DNA from: an uncultured Ruminococcus sp.
GTDB lineage: Bacteria; Bacillota; Clostridia; Oscillospirales; CAG-272
Length of the DNA stretch: 64,000 bases
Assembly (NCBI GenBank): GCA_902778725.1
Contig: CACYYS010000001.1
Span: 12,130 to 76,129 of the forward strand
Direction of reading: 5' to 3'
Below are positions 44,126-52,522 of the stretch, in pieces; the stretch's first letter is position 1, and the number at the start of each line of letters is the position of its first letter. The position numbers and the translations under genes are program-made. Under the pieces are notes generated by a model, which did not search any database, was not told the DNA's origin, and worked only from the letters and a program-made list of their open reading frames with translations.

Positions 44126-45493
44126 ATGAAAAAACGGAAGGTCCTCGTCCTTGTCAAGCCGGTCGGCGGAGAGATCACACCCTTTGACGGGGCGGCTCTG
44201 GAAGCCGCCCTTTCCCTTGAGGGGGCGGAGGTCACCGTCCTCTCGATGGCGCCTCCCGCCTCCCGTGACGCGCTTACCGCGCTCACCCGCCTCGGCGATC
44301 TGCGCGTGATCCTCCTCTCCGACCCTCTCTACGCCGGCTCGGACACGCTGGCGACCGCGCGGATCCTCTGCGCGGCGCTCGACCGGATCCCCCATGATCT
44401 GATCTTCTGCGGCCGCCAGTCCACCGACGGGGATACCGCCCAGGTCGGTCCCTGCCTCGCCGCGCTCCGCGGCGTCCCGGCTCTGACCAACGCGATGGAG
44501 ACGCCCGTCCTCACCGGAAAAACGGTCTCGGTCCGCACCCGCTTCGGCAGGGAGAAGGCGCCTTTGCCCGCTCTCCTGACCTTCGAGCGGTTCACGGTGC
44601 TCCGCGCTCCCTCCATCTTCTCCCGCGCGCGGGAGATCGAGCTCTGGGACAACAAAACGGTCGGCGCGGATCCCGCCCTCTGCGGGCTGGAGGGCTCTCC
44701 CACCCGCGTCCTCGAGGCAAAGGAAAACGAGGGAGGAAGACGCTCCTGCCGCTTCATCGCCCCGGAGGAGCTGCCCGCTCTCCTCAAAGAGCTTTCGGGG
44801 AGAGGGGCAAAAGAGGAGATCTGGCCCGAGGCGGAGCGCAAGCTCCCCCATATCGCCGTGGTCGGCGAGCGGCCGTACCGCCGCGCCGCCGCCGTCGCGG
44901 AGCGTGTTTCGGTGATCCGGGAGACGGAGCCCGAGGCGATTTTGCGGGAGGTGGAGCGCCTCGCTCCCTCCGCCGTCCTCTTTCCCGCCGATCTCTGGGG
45001 CAGGCGCACCGCGCCCGCTCTGCAGGCGCGCCTCGGCTGCGGCCTCTGCGCCGACTGCACCGACCTGAAAACCGACGGCAGGACTCTCTTCCTTTACCGC
45101 CCTGCCCGCTCCGGCAACGTGATCGCAAAGATCGTCTCCGCCGGGCTCCCGCTCGCTACCGTCCGCTGCCCGGAGGCCTCCGGCGACCTGATCGTCGCCG
45201 CCGGCCGGGGTGTTTCCGGGGAGCTTGACCGCGTCCAGGCCTTTTCCGACTCGCTCGGCGCCGAGCTCTGCTGCTCCCGCCCCCTCGTCGACGACGGGCT
45301 CCTTCCTTACGAGCGGCAGGTCGGGCTCACCGGCCGCACCGTTACCCCCTCCGTTTACCTCGCCATCGGGATCTCCGGCGCCGTCCGCCATACCTGCGCG
45401 ATCGAGAACGCGGGAACGGTCGTCGCCTGGAACCCCGACCGCTCCGCCCGCATCTTCGACTGCGCCGACTACGGGATCGCCGCGCCGTTTTGA
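44126..45493 (+). CDS. Fused electron-transfer flavoprotein: EtfB-like N-half plus EtfA-like C-half in one 455-aa polypeptide
   Basis: N-half VLVKPV...AALEAAL...LLSDPLYAGSDTLATARIL...CGRQSTDGDTAQVGPCLA is EtfB-like. C-terminus QVGLTGRTVTPSVYLAIGISGAVRHTCAIENAGTVVAWNPDRSARIFDCADYGI is the EtfA FAD-domain signature. Confidence 0.75.
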   Translation: MKKRKVLVLVKPVGGEITPFDGAALEAALSLEGAEVTVLSMAPPASRDALTALTRLGDLRVILLSDPLYAGSDTLATARILCAALDRIPHDLIFCGRQSTDGDTAQVGPCLAALRGVPALTNAMETPVLTGKTVSVRTRFGREKAPLPALLTFERFTVLRAPSIFSRAREIELWDNKTVGADPALCGLEGSPTRVLEAKENEGGRRSCRFIAPEELPALLKELSGRGAKEEIWPEAERKLPHIAVVGERPYRRAAAVAERVSVIRETEPEAILREVERLAPSAVLFPADLWGRRTAPALQARLGCGLCADCTDLKTDGRTLFLYRPARSGNVIAKIVSAGLPLATVRCPEASGDLIVAAGRGVSGELDRVQAFSDSLGAELCCSRPLVDDGLLPYERQVGLTGRTVTPSVYLAIGISGAVRHTCAIENAGTVVAWNPDRSARIFDCADYGIAAPF

Positions 45494-45509
45494 AGGAAAC
45501 GGGGGAACG

Positions 45510-45750
45510 CCTTCTTTTCTGAAGAAAAGCAGGCACCTGCTTTTCTAAAGAAAAGTAGGCAAAAGACTTTTTGAAAAGGAAGACAGAGAGCGAACAAACA
45601 GAACAGAGGCCAAAACGCCGGTCGGTAAGTCTGACCGGCGTTTTGTTATGGCAAAAGTCAAAACCCGCAAAGAGAAGGCGTCTCAAACGCGCCGATCCGC
45701 CGCCCCGCGAAAGGAAAAGCCGGCCCGCTTGTGCGGGTCGGCTTTTTTTC
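45510..45750 (+). repeat. Modular hairpin intergenic repeat, diverged copy E
   Basis: CTTCTTTTCTGAAGAAAAGCAGG, GCTTTTCTAAAGAAAAGTAGGCAAAAGACTTTTTGAA, AAAACGCCGGTCggtaagtctGACCGGCGTTTT and AAAGCCGGCCCGCttgtGCGGGTCGGCTTTTTTT. The last hairpin serves as a bidirectional terminator. Confidence 0.75.
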
Positions 45751-47670
45751 TCAGATCTGATTTCCGGCAAACTGGGTCATGTAGAGCTCGTAGTATTTTC
45801 CCTTCTTTTCGAGCAGCTCCTCGTGGTTTCCGGTCTCGATGACGCGGCCGTGATCCATCACGACGATCTTGTCTGCGTCCCGCACGGTGGAGAGCCGGTG
45901 CGCGATGATCAGGCTCGTGCGGTTTGCCATCAGCCGGACCATCGCGTCCTGGATCCGCTTTTCCGTCCGGGTATCGACGGAGGAGGTCGCCTCGTCGAGG
46001 ATCAGGATCTTCGGGTCGGCGAGGACGGCGCGGGCGATGGCGAGCAGCTGCCGCTCGCCCTGCGAGAGGGAGGCGCCGGCGTGCTTGAGGTAGGTGGCGT
46101 ACTGCTCCGGCAGCCGCTCGATGAAGTAGGCGGAGTTGCTCGCTTCCGCCGCCCGGCGCATCTCCTCCTCGCTCGCTTCCGTGTTCGCGTAGCGGATGTT
46201 CTGCTCGACCGTATCGGAGAAGAGGACGGTATCCTGCAGGACGATCGCGGTGTTTTTGCGCAGGGAGTCGCGGGTGTAGTCGTAGATATCGACGCCGTCG
46301 ATATAGATGTGTCCGGAGTCCGGCGGATAGAAGCGCATGAGGAGGTTGACGACGGTGGTCTTGCCGCTGCCGGTCGCGCCGACGAGGGCGATCTTCTCTC
46401 CCGGGCGGACGTCGAGATCGAAGTCAAAGAGGACCTGCTTGCCGGGGATGTAGGAGAAGTTGACCTTCTCAAAGCGGATGTCGCCGCGGATCTTTTCCAT
46501 CGGTTTTTCCCCGCGGTTATCCTCGTCCGGCTGATCCATCAGCTCGAACACGCGCTCCGCGCCGGCGATCGCCGTCTGGACCGAGCCGTAGAGCTGGGCG
46601 ATCTCGTTGATCGGGCGGGAGAACTGCTTTGCGTAGATGATGAAGGCGGAGATCGTGCCGATCGTGATCATCCCCTTGAGGGCGAAGAACCCGCCGAACG
46701 CCGCCACGATGACAAAGCCGATGTTGGAGATGCAGTTCATCACGGGGCCCATCGAGCCGCCGAGGATGTCCGCCTTGATCCCGACGGTGCGCAGCTCGTC
46801 GGAGGCGGCGTTGAATTCCGCGATCACGTCGTCTTCCTTGTTATAGGCGACGGTGGAGCGGAACCCGGTGATCATCTCCTCCGCGTGGCCGTTGAGGGCG
46901 CCGAGGGCGCCGCTGCGGCGGCGGTAGAGCTTGCGCATCACGCCGGAGAGCTTTTTTGTGACAAGGACGGTCAGCACCACCGTCACGAGAGAGATCAGGG
47001 TGAGCTGCCAGCAGTGCCAGAGCATCACGGCGACCGTGCCGACCACGGTCAGCACGCCCGAGACGAGCGAGCCGAGGCTCTGGGAGACCGTGTCGCTGAC
47101 GTTTTCCACGTCGTTGGTCATCCGGCTCATCACGTCGCCGTTCGAGTGGGTGTCGAGATAGGCGATGGGGAGCCGGTCGATCTTTTCAAACAGATCGTGC
47201 CGCATCCGCTTGACGGTCCGTTGGCTGAGATGGGCGGCGGTGAGGGTCTGCGAGAGGGTGAAGAGGACCCGCACGCCGTAGACGGCGGCGAGCAGGATCA
47301 GCGTGCGCGGGAGGGAGTCAAAACTCTTTTCGGAGATGCGGTCGATCGCCGAGCCCTGCAGGGAGGGGGCGATCAGCGCCGTGACGGTCACGGCGATCAC
47401 CGAGAAAAAGAGGAGCAGGATCAGCCCGGACTCGCGCCCGAAGTAGCGCAGCAGCCGCCGGAGCGTCTTTTTGAGATCCTTCGGCTTTTCCACCGCGGCC
47501 GCCATCCGCGCGCCGGGACCGCCGCGGCCTCCGCCCGGCCGACCGCGCAGGTCGACGGTGTTCGTCTTCTGCGGCGCGGCGTCCTTTTTTGCGTAGGAGA
47601 CCTCCTGAGTCGCGCGCCCGGTCTCAAAGCCGCGCGGGAGCGCGGTCTTGTTTTCTCCGTTTTGCGTCAT
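45751..47670 (-). CDS. ABC transporter ATP-binding/permease fusion (type I exporter half-transporter)
   Basis: Six-TM domain plus GATGSGKTT, LSQGERQ and ILILDEATS. ATGA overlap with the upstream paralogue. Confidence 0.9.
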   Translation of the reverse strand: MTQNGENKTALPRGFETGRATQEVSYAKKDAAPQKTNTVDLRGRPGGGRGGPGARMAAAVEKPKDLKKTLRRLLRYFGRESGLILLLFFSVIAVTVTALIAPSLQGSAIDRISEKSFDSLPRTLILLAAVYGVRVLFTLSQTLTAAHLSQRTVKRMRHDLFEKIDRLPIAYLDTHSNGDVMSRMTNDVENVSDTVSQSLGSLVSGVLTVVGTVAVMLWHCWQLTLISLVTVVLTVLVTKKLSGVMRKLYRRRSGALGALNGHAEEMITGFRSTVAYNKEDDVIAEFNAASDELRTVGIKADILGGSMGPVMNCISNIGFVIVAAFGGFFALKGMITIGTISAFIIYAKQFSRPINEIAQLYGSVQTAIAGAERVFELMDQPDEDNRGEKPMEKIRGDIRFEKVNFSYIPGKQVLFDFDLDVRPGEKIALVGATGSGKTTVVNLLMRFYPPDSGHIYIDGVDIYDYTRDSLRKNTAIVLQDTVLFSDTVEQNIRYANTEASEEEMRRAAEASNSAYFIERLPEQYATYLKHAGASLSQGERQLLAIARAVLADPKILILDEATSSVDTRTEKRIQDAMVRLMANRTSLIIAHRLSTVRDADKIVVMDHGRVIETGNHEELLEKKGKYYELYMTQFAGNQI

Positions 47671-49388
47671 TGTTCGTCCTCCTTGAGCTGAGAGAAGCAG
47701 ATATCCCGGTAAACGGGGGAAGACTGCATCAGTTCTTCATGCGTGCCGCAGGCGGCGATCCTGCCGTTGTCGAGCACGGCGATCCGGTCGGCGCCGCGCA
47801 CGGAGGCGATCCGCTGCGCGATGATGATCTTGGTCGTGTCCGGCCTCGTCTCCTCCAGCGCGCGGTAGAGCTTCGCTTCCGTCGAGAGGTCGAGGGCGGA
47901 GGTGGAGTCGTCAAAGATCATGATCTCCGCGTCCTTGAGCACGGCGCGGGAGAGCGCGATGCGCTGCTTCTGCCCGCCCGAGAGGGAGTGGCCGCCCTCC
48001 GTCACCTGTGTGTAGTAGCCTTCCGGCGTCGCACAGATGAAGTCGTCCGCCTGGGCGATTTCGGCGGCGCGTTTGATCTCCCACGGATCGGCGCCGTCCT
48101 TGCCCCAGCGGATGTTCGCCTCGATCGGGCGGCAGTAGAGCTCCGCCTTCTGCGGGACCATCGCGATCTTTGCGCGCAGGGCCCCCAGGTCGTAGTCGCG
48201 GACGTTCACTCCGTCGACCAGCACCTCCCCCTCCGTCGCGTCGTAAAAGCGGGGGATCAGATCGATCAGCGTGCTTTTCCCGCTGCCGGTGGAGCCGAGG
48301 ATGGCGACCGTCTCGCCTTTGTTTACCTTCAGATCCACTCCCTCCAGTACCTTTTTCCCGCCGGAGGAGGGATAGGAGAAGCTGACGTTTTTGAATTCGA
48401 TCTCGCCGGTCCTCCCGCCCGTATCGCCGGCAAACCCGCCGTCCCGGATCAGCTCCGGCTCGTCGAGGACCTCGCGGATCCGCTTGGCGGAGGCGAGGGC
48501 GCGGGTGAAGGTCTGGAAGACCATGATCATCGACATCAGACCCATGAGCAGCATCGAAAGATAGGTGATCGCCGCCATGATCGCGCCGGGACGGAGCGGA
48601 AGACCTTCCTCCACGGTGCGTCCGCCGATCCAGATCACCGCGACCACGCAGGCGTTGAGGATGATATTGATGATCGGGGAGAGGAAGGCGAGGATCGTCG
48701 CCACGCGCAGGTTGGTGGAGCAGAGCAGGTCGTTGGCAAGGTCGAAGCGGGAGAGCTCGTGCTCCTCCTTGACGTAGGCTTTGACCACCCGCGCGCCCGC
48801 CACGTTCTCCTGCATGACGTTGTTCACCCCGTCCAGCCGCGCCTGCACGACCCCGAAGAGCGGGGTCGCCATCCGGAGGAAGATCGCGGCGGCGCCGACG
48901 ATCAGCGGCAGGGCGACCGCGGCGACGAGCGCAAAGCGGGGAGACTGCTGATAGAGCATGACGATCCCGCCGAGGAACATCAGCCCGGAGCGCACCACCA
49001 TCCGGATGGACATATGGACCATCTGCTGGACCTGGGTCACGTCGTTGGTAAGGCGGGTGACGAGGGATCCGGTGGAGATCTTGTCGATCTGCCGGAAGGA
49101 GAGGTGCATGATCTTCGAGAAGAGATCCTTGCGCAGGTCGTTTGCATAGTTCTGGGCGGCGAGATTGGCGAACACGCCCGAGAGGATCCCGCAAAGCCCG
49201 CCGAAGAGGACGAGCAGGATCATCCGGATGCCGACGGTCAGGATCAGCTGCATGTTGCCCTCGAGGACGCCGTCGTCGACGATCTTTGCCATCAGGTGGG
49301 GCTGCAGGAGGTCCATAAAGATCTCGCCCATCATCATGATCGGGGCGAGGATGCACCATTTGCGGTATTTTTTGAGGTATTTCAGCAT
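47667..49388 (-). CDS. ABC transporter ATP-binding/permease fusion (partner half-transporter)
   Basis: MLKYLKKYRKWCILAPIMM..., GSTGSGKST, LSGGQKQR, IMIFDDSTS. Confidence 0.9.
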   Translation of the reverse strand: MLKYLKKYRKWCILAPIMMMGEIFMDLLQPHLMAKIVDDGVLEGNMQLILTVGIRMILLVLFGGLCGILSGVFANLAAQNYANDLRKDLFSKIMHLSFRQIDKISTGSLVTRLTNDVTQVQQMVHMSIRMVVRSGLMFLGGIVMLYQQSPRFALVAAVALPLIVGAAAIFLRMATPLFGVVQARLDGVNNVMQENVAGARVVKAYVKEEHELSRFDLANDLLCSTNLRVATILAFLSPIINIILNACVVAVIWIGGRTVEEGLPLRPGAIMAAITYLSMLLMGLMSMIMVFQTFTRALASAKRIREVLDEPELIRDGGFAGDTGGRTGEIEFKNVSFSYPSSGGKKVLEGVDLKVNKGETVAILGSTGSGKSTLIDLIPRFYDATEGEVLVDGVNVRDYDLGALRAKIAMVPQKAELYCRPIEANIRWGKDGADPWEIKRAAEIAQADDFICATPEGYYTQVTEGGHSLSGGQKQRIALSRAVLKDAEIMIFDDSTSALDLSTEAKLYRALEETRPDTTKIIIAQRIASVRGADRIAVLDNGRIAACGTHEELMQSSPVYRDICFSQLKEDEQ

Positions 49389-49389
49389 A

Positions 49390-49839
49390 TCAGAGAAGTT
49401 CCCCCTCTCTCTTCTTTTCTTCGCGGATCACGGCGCGGACCGTCCCCAGGGCGGCGCGCAGCTCCGCCTCTTTTCCCGGGGTGAGCGCCTCCGTGATCAG
49501 CGCGTCCGTCCCGTGCAGGATATCCCGCACGTAGGCGGAGGCGGCGAGCCCCCGGTCGGTGAGGTAGAGGCGGGCGCAGCGCCCGTCCTCCGCGTCCGTC
49601 TCCCGCCGCAGATAGCCGTCCCGCAGCATATCCTTGACCGTGCGGGAGATCGCCGCGCCGGACACGCCGTGGAAATCCGCGATCTCCTTCTGCCCGGCGC
49701 CCGGGTGGCGGGAGAGATAGATGACGACCGGCCGGTACGCGTCGGAAATGCCAACGCGGCCCGCCACGCTCTGCGTGTACTCGCGCCACTCGCGGAAGAC
49801 CGCGCCGACAAGCATCATCAGCGTTTTTTCCTCTTTCAC
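49390..49839 (-). CDS. MarR-family transcriptional regulator
   Basis: YRPVVIYLSRHPGAGQKEIADFHGVSGAAISRTVKDMLRDGYLRRETDAEDGRCARLYLTDRG winged helix. The start is uncertain: GTG at 49839, or ATG at 49818 or 49815. Confidence 0.85.
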   Translation of the reverse strand: MKEEKTLMMLVGAVFREWREYTQSVAGRVGISDAYRPVVIYLSRHPGAGQKEIADFHGVSGAAISRTVKDMLRDGYLRRETDAEDGRCARLYLTDRGLAASAYVRDILHGTDALITEALTPGKEAELRAALGTVRAVIREEKKREGELL

Positions 49840-49863
49840 TCTTTCATAATGCTCCTTTCAAAA

Positions 49864-49916
49864 TAATTAACTAATTAACTATCCGGCATTATAGCACGCC
49901 CCGCCGCGCCTGTCAA
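49864..49916 (-). promoter_or_regulatory. Consensus promoter plus AT-rich repeat (candidate MarR operator)
   Basis: Minus strand reads TTGACA (49911-49916), 17 nt, TATAAT (49888-49893), followed by AGTTAATTAGTTAATTA (49864-49881, tandem TAATTAAC units on the + strand). Confidence 0.65.
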
Positions 49917-49969
49917 CCTTTTTGAGGGAAAACCCGGTTTTCTTCAAAAAAGACCGCGTTTTTCCGGAA

Positions 49970-50040
49970 AAAGAAGAAAAAGCCGGGCAAAACGACGCCC
50001 GGCTGCGGAGAAAGGCGCGTCCGGGAACGCGCCTTTCTCC
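49970..50040 (-). terminator. Two tandem intrinsic terminators after the GH4 gene
   Basis: GGAGAAAGGCGCG...CGCGCCTTTCTCC (50007-50040) and AGCCGGGC...GCCCGGCT (49981-50004), followed by a T-run on the minus strand. Confidence 0.7.
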
Positions 50041-50071
50041 GTGTTGAATTCCGATTTTTTCTTTCAGGGGG

Positions 50072-51400
50072 TCACCGGTACTCCGGCAGATAGTCGCCGT
50101 GGGCGGCGATCAGGTCGTCGCAGAGCGCTACGATCTCGTCGACGGTCAGTTCGGCGGCGGCGTGCGGATCCATCATCGCCGCCTGGTAGATCGCGTCCTT
50201 TTTCCGGGTGACGGCGGCCTCGATTGTCAGCAGCTGCACGTTGATCTGCTGCAGATTGAGCGCGGCGAGCTGGAGCGGGAGCCTGCCGACGACGGTGGGG
50301 TGGATCCCCGCCCGGTCTACCATACAGGGTACCTCTACGCACGCTTCGCGCGGGAGGTTTTCGATCAGTCCGTCGTTTAAGACGTTGCCGCCGATGCGGA
50401 AGGGAGTGTCGGTCACGACGGCGTCCATGATATAGGAGGCGTACTCTCTTGTGCGCTTATGGGAGACGTTGTTGTCAAGGTAGCTGCTGCGCGCTTCCTT
50501 CCAGCGTTCGATCTGCCGGACGCAGCGGCGGGGATACTCGTCGAGGGGGATGCGGTAGCGGTCGATCAGCTCCGGGTGAGCCTTTTTGATAAAGAAGCTG
50601 TTGTACTCCGCGTTATGCTCGGAGGATTCGGTGCAGTAGTACCCGAGACGGCGGATATACTCAAAGCGCACGAGATCCTTTTCGGTCTTTTCGTTGGTAT
50701 CGCCCTCCAGCGCGGCGATCGCGCGGCGGCGGACCTCCGGATAAAGATCGGTCCCGTCCGCGTCCTCCAGTTCAAGCAGCCACGCCATATGGTTGATGCC
50801 CGCGATCTTCTCGCGGATCGGCTCCGTGTAGGGGATCTCCAGTTTGCCGAGCAGTCCGCGGGAGCAGACCTGGACCGAGTGACAAAGCCCGACCGAGGCG
50901 ATCGGAGTATACCGCAGGAGGAACCCGGTGAGAGACGCCATCGGATTGGTGTAGTTGAGGAAGAGGGCGCGCGGGCAGACCGCCTCCATATCCTCCGCGA
51001 AATCGGCGAGCACCGGGATGGTGCGCAGCGCGCGGAAGATCCCGCCGATCCCGTGCGTGTCGCCGATCGTCTGCCGGAGGCCGTACTTCTTCGGGATCTC
51101 AAAGTCGATCACGGTGGAAGGCTCGTAACCGCCCACCTGGATCGCATTGACGACAAAGTCCGCCCCGCGCAGCGCGTCCCGCCGGTTTTCCGTTCCCAGG
51201 TATTTTGCCACACGGGCGCGGTTTTCGTTTATGTTGCGGTTGAGGGAGGAAACCATGATATAGGACTCCTCCAGACGCTCGGGGTCGATGTCGTAAAGAG
51301 CAATGTCAAAATCGCGGAGAGAGGGCGTCATCATCAGATCGCCGAGGACGTTTTTGGCGAATACGGTGCTCCCCGCGCCCATAAAGGTCACTTTGCTCAC
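50072..51400 (-). CDS. melA: GH4 family alpha-galactosidase
   Basis: GTG at 51400 follows AAAGGAGA (VSKVTFMGAGSTVFAKNVLGD). By eye it follows the E. coli MelA pattern along most of its length (QVGGYEPSTVIDFEIPKKYGLRQTIGDTHGIGG, GLCHSVQ, GINHMAW, ESSEHNAEY). Confidence 0.85.
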   Translation of the reverse strand: MSKVTFMGAGSTVFAKNVLGDLMMTPSLRDFDIALYDIDPERLEESYIMVSSLNRNINENRARVAKYLGTENRRDALRGADFVVNAIQVGGYEPSTVIDFEIPKKYGLRQTIGDTHGIGGIFRALRTIPVLADFAEDMEAVCPRALFLNYTNPMASLTGFLLRYTPIASVGLCHSVQVCSRGLLGKLEIPYTEPIREKIAGINHMAWLLELEDADGTDLYPEVRRRAIAALEGDTNEKTEKDLVRFEYIRRLGYYCTESSEHNAEYNSFFIKKAHPELIDRYRIPLDEYPRRCVRQIERWKEARSSYLDNNVSHKRTREYASYIMDAVVTDTPFRIGGNVLNDGLIENLPREACVEVPCMVDRAGIHPTVVGRLPLQLAALNLQQINVQLLTIEAAVTRKKDAIYQAAMMDPHAAAELTVDEIVALCDDLIAAHGDYLPEYR

Positions 51401-51485
51401 GTTCGGTCTCCTTTCGATCTTCTTTTTCTGTTTATCATTATATATACGGCCGGGGAAAAAAGCAATATCAAATCCGGCTTTCCCC

Positions 51486-51514
51486 TTGACAAACGGGAAA
51501 AAAGGTTTTATAAT
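51486..51514 (+). promoter_or_regulatory. Consensus promoter upstream of lexA
   Basis: TTGACA (51486-51491), 17 nt, TATAAT (51509-51514). Confidence 0.7.
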
Positions 51515-51545
51515 AAAACCACAAGTTTCGTTATAGGAGGATGCC

Positions 51546-52157
51546 ATGCGGACGATGCGGGAGGAAAATCTCCGGAAGCTGAAGGAGTATCTCGAACGGT
51601 ACGTGGCGGAGCACAACGGCGTCTCCCCCGCGCTCGGGGAGATCTCCGCCTATATGGGGATGGTGAAGTCGACGGCTTACCGCCACGTTCTGGAGCTGGA
51701 GCGGCGGGGCGAGATCCGCTACGCCGGGAAGAACACGCTGGAGCTGCGCGGCCAAAAGACGATGCGCGTCGCCTTCCGGCGGGTGCCGGTGATCGGCGAG
51801 ATCGTCTGCGGCTCGCCGGACGAGCAGGAGGAAAAAGTCGAGGGCTATCTCGCCGTGCCGGAGGAGTGGACCGGGGGGGAGTGCTTCCTTTTGCGCGCGT
51901 ACGGGGATTCGATGACCGGCGTCGGGATCGACGAGGGGGATCTTGTGCTCGTCCGGCGCGCGGAGACCGCGCAGAGCGGACAGATCGTCGTCGCCCTGAC
52001 CGAAAACGGCACGACCCTCAAGCGTATCTTTTTCGATCGCGGCAAGCCCCGTCTGCACGCGGAAAACGCCGCATATCCCCCGGAGCGGGCGGACTTTTTC
52101 CCCGCGCGTCTCTCGGTCCAGGGGATCGCTCTCAAGGTCATCAAGGACGTTACGTAA
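51546..52157 (+). CDS. lexA: LexA repressor (S24 peptidase)
   Basis: N-terminal winged helix (EISAYMGMVKSTAYRHVLELERRGEIRY). VPVIGEIVCGSP cleavage-region context. GDSM (catalytic Ser) and VVALTENGTTLKR (Lys). Confidence 0.9.
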   Translation: MRTMREENLRKLKEYLERYVAEHNGVSPALGEISAYMGMVKSTAYRHVLELERRGEIRYAGKNTLELRGQKTMRVAFRRVPVIGEIVCGSPDEQEEKVEGYLAVPEEWTGGECFLLRAYGDSMTGVGIDEGDLVLVRRAETAQSGQIVVALTENGTTLKRIFFDRGKPRLHAENAAYPPERADFFPARLSVQGIALKVIKDVT

Positions 52158-52175
52158 GGCGGTGAGAAAGAAAAA

Positions 52176-52400
52176 ATGGAAAAGACCTCAACGCGCTGTC
52201 AGACCCCGCGGAAGATCCCCGTGGCGCGCTGCCCCGTCTGCCGCCGCAGCATCGTCTACTCGGACGACGGGCGGGACAGGATCCGCGTCTCCGTCGCCGC
52301 CGCCCCGCCGGACTACCACGGCCGGACGGTAATGTGCGCCAAATGCAAGACCATGCTGGTCATCTCGGAAAAAGAGAAAGAGAACGCCCCGCTTTTCTGA
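52176..52400 (+). CDS. Small four-Cys zinc-ribbon protein (74 aa), co-oriented 18 nt after lexA
   Basis: CPVCRRS...x37...CAKCKT. Followed by a terminator. The RBS is weak, so coding status is moderate. Confidence 0.5.
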   Translation: MEKTSTRCQTPRKIPVARCPVCRRSIVYSDDGRDRIRVSVAAAPPDYHGRTVMCAKCKTMLVISEKEKENAPLF

Positions 52401-52425
52401 AAAGCGGGGCGCTTTCGCCCTTTTT
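52385..52425 (+). terminator. Intrinsic terminator
   Basis: CGCCCCGCTTTT-ctga-AAAAGCGGGGCG, followed by T-rich sequence. Confidence 0.7.
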
Positions 52426-52482
52426 GCGGCGCCGGACGGCGGGTCGGAGAACGGAAAAAACAGGAAAAGTTTGTTTTTTCTA

Positions 52483-52511
52483 TTGACAGTATTCCTTTTT
52501 GGGAATATAAT
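52483..52511 (+). promoter_or_regulatory. Consensus promoter of the toxin-antitoxin pair
   Basis: TTGACA (52483-52488), 17 nt, TATAAT (52506-52511). Confidence 0.7.
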
Positions 52512-52522
52512 AGGAACGGAGA

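Noticed and set aside
45571-49484. 706-aa and 631-aa + strand ORFs
   Set aside because: They are antisense to the two ABC exporter genes, which carry Walker A/B and signature motifs, and their translations are low-complexity.
51515-51532. Possible LexA (Cheo/SOS) box AAAACCACAAGTTTCG just after the lexA -10
   Set aside because: It is only a loose resemblance to GAAC-N4-GTTC, needing several mismatches or a 5-nt spacer. That is too weak to call without a position weight matrix score.
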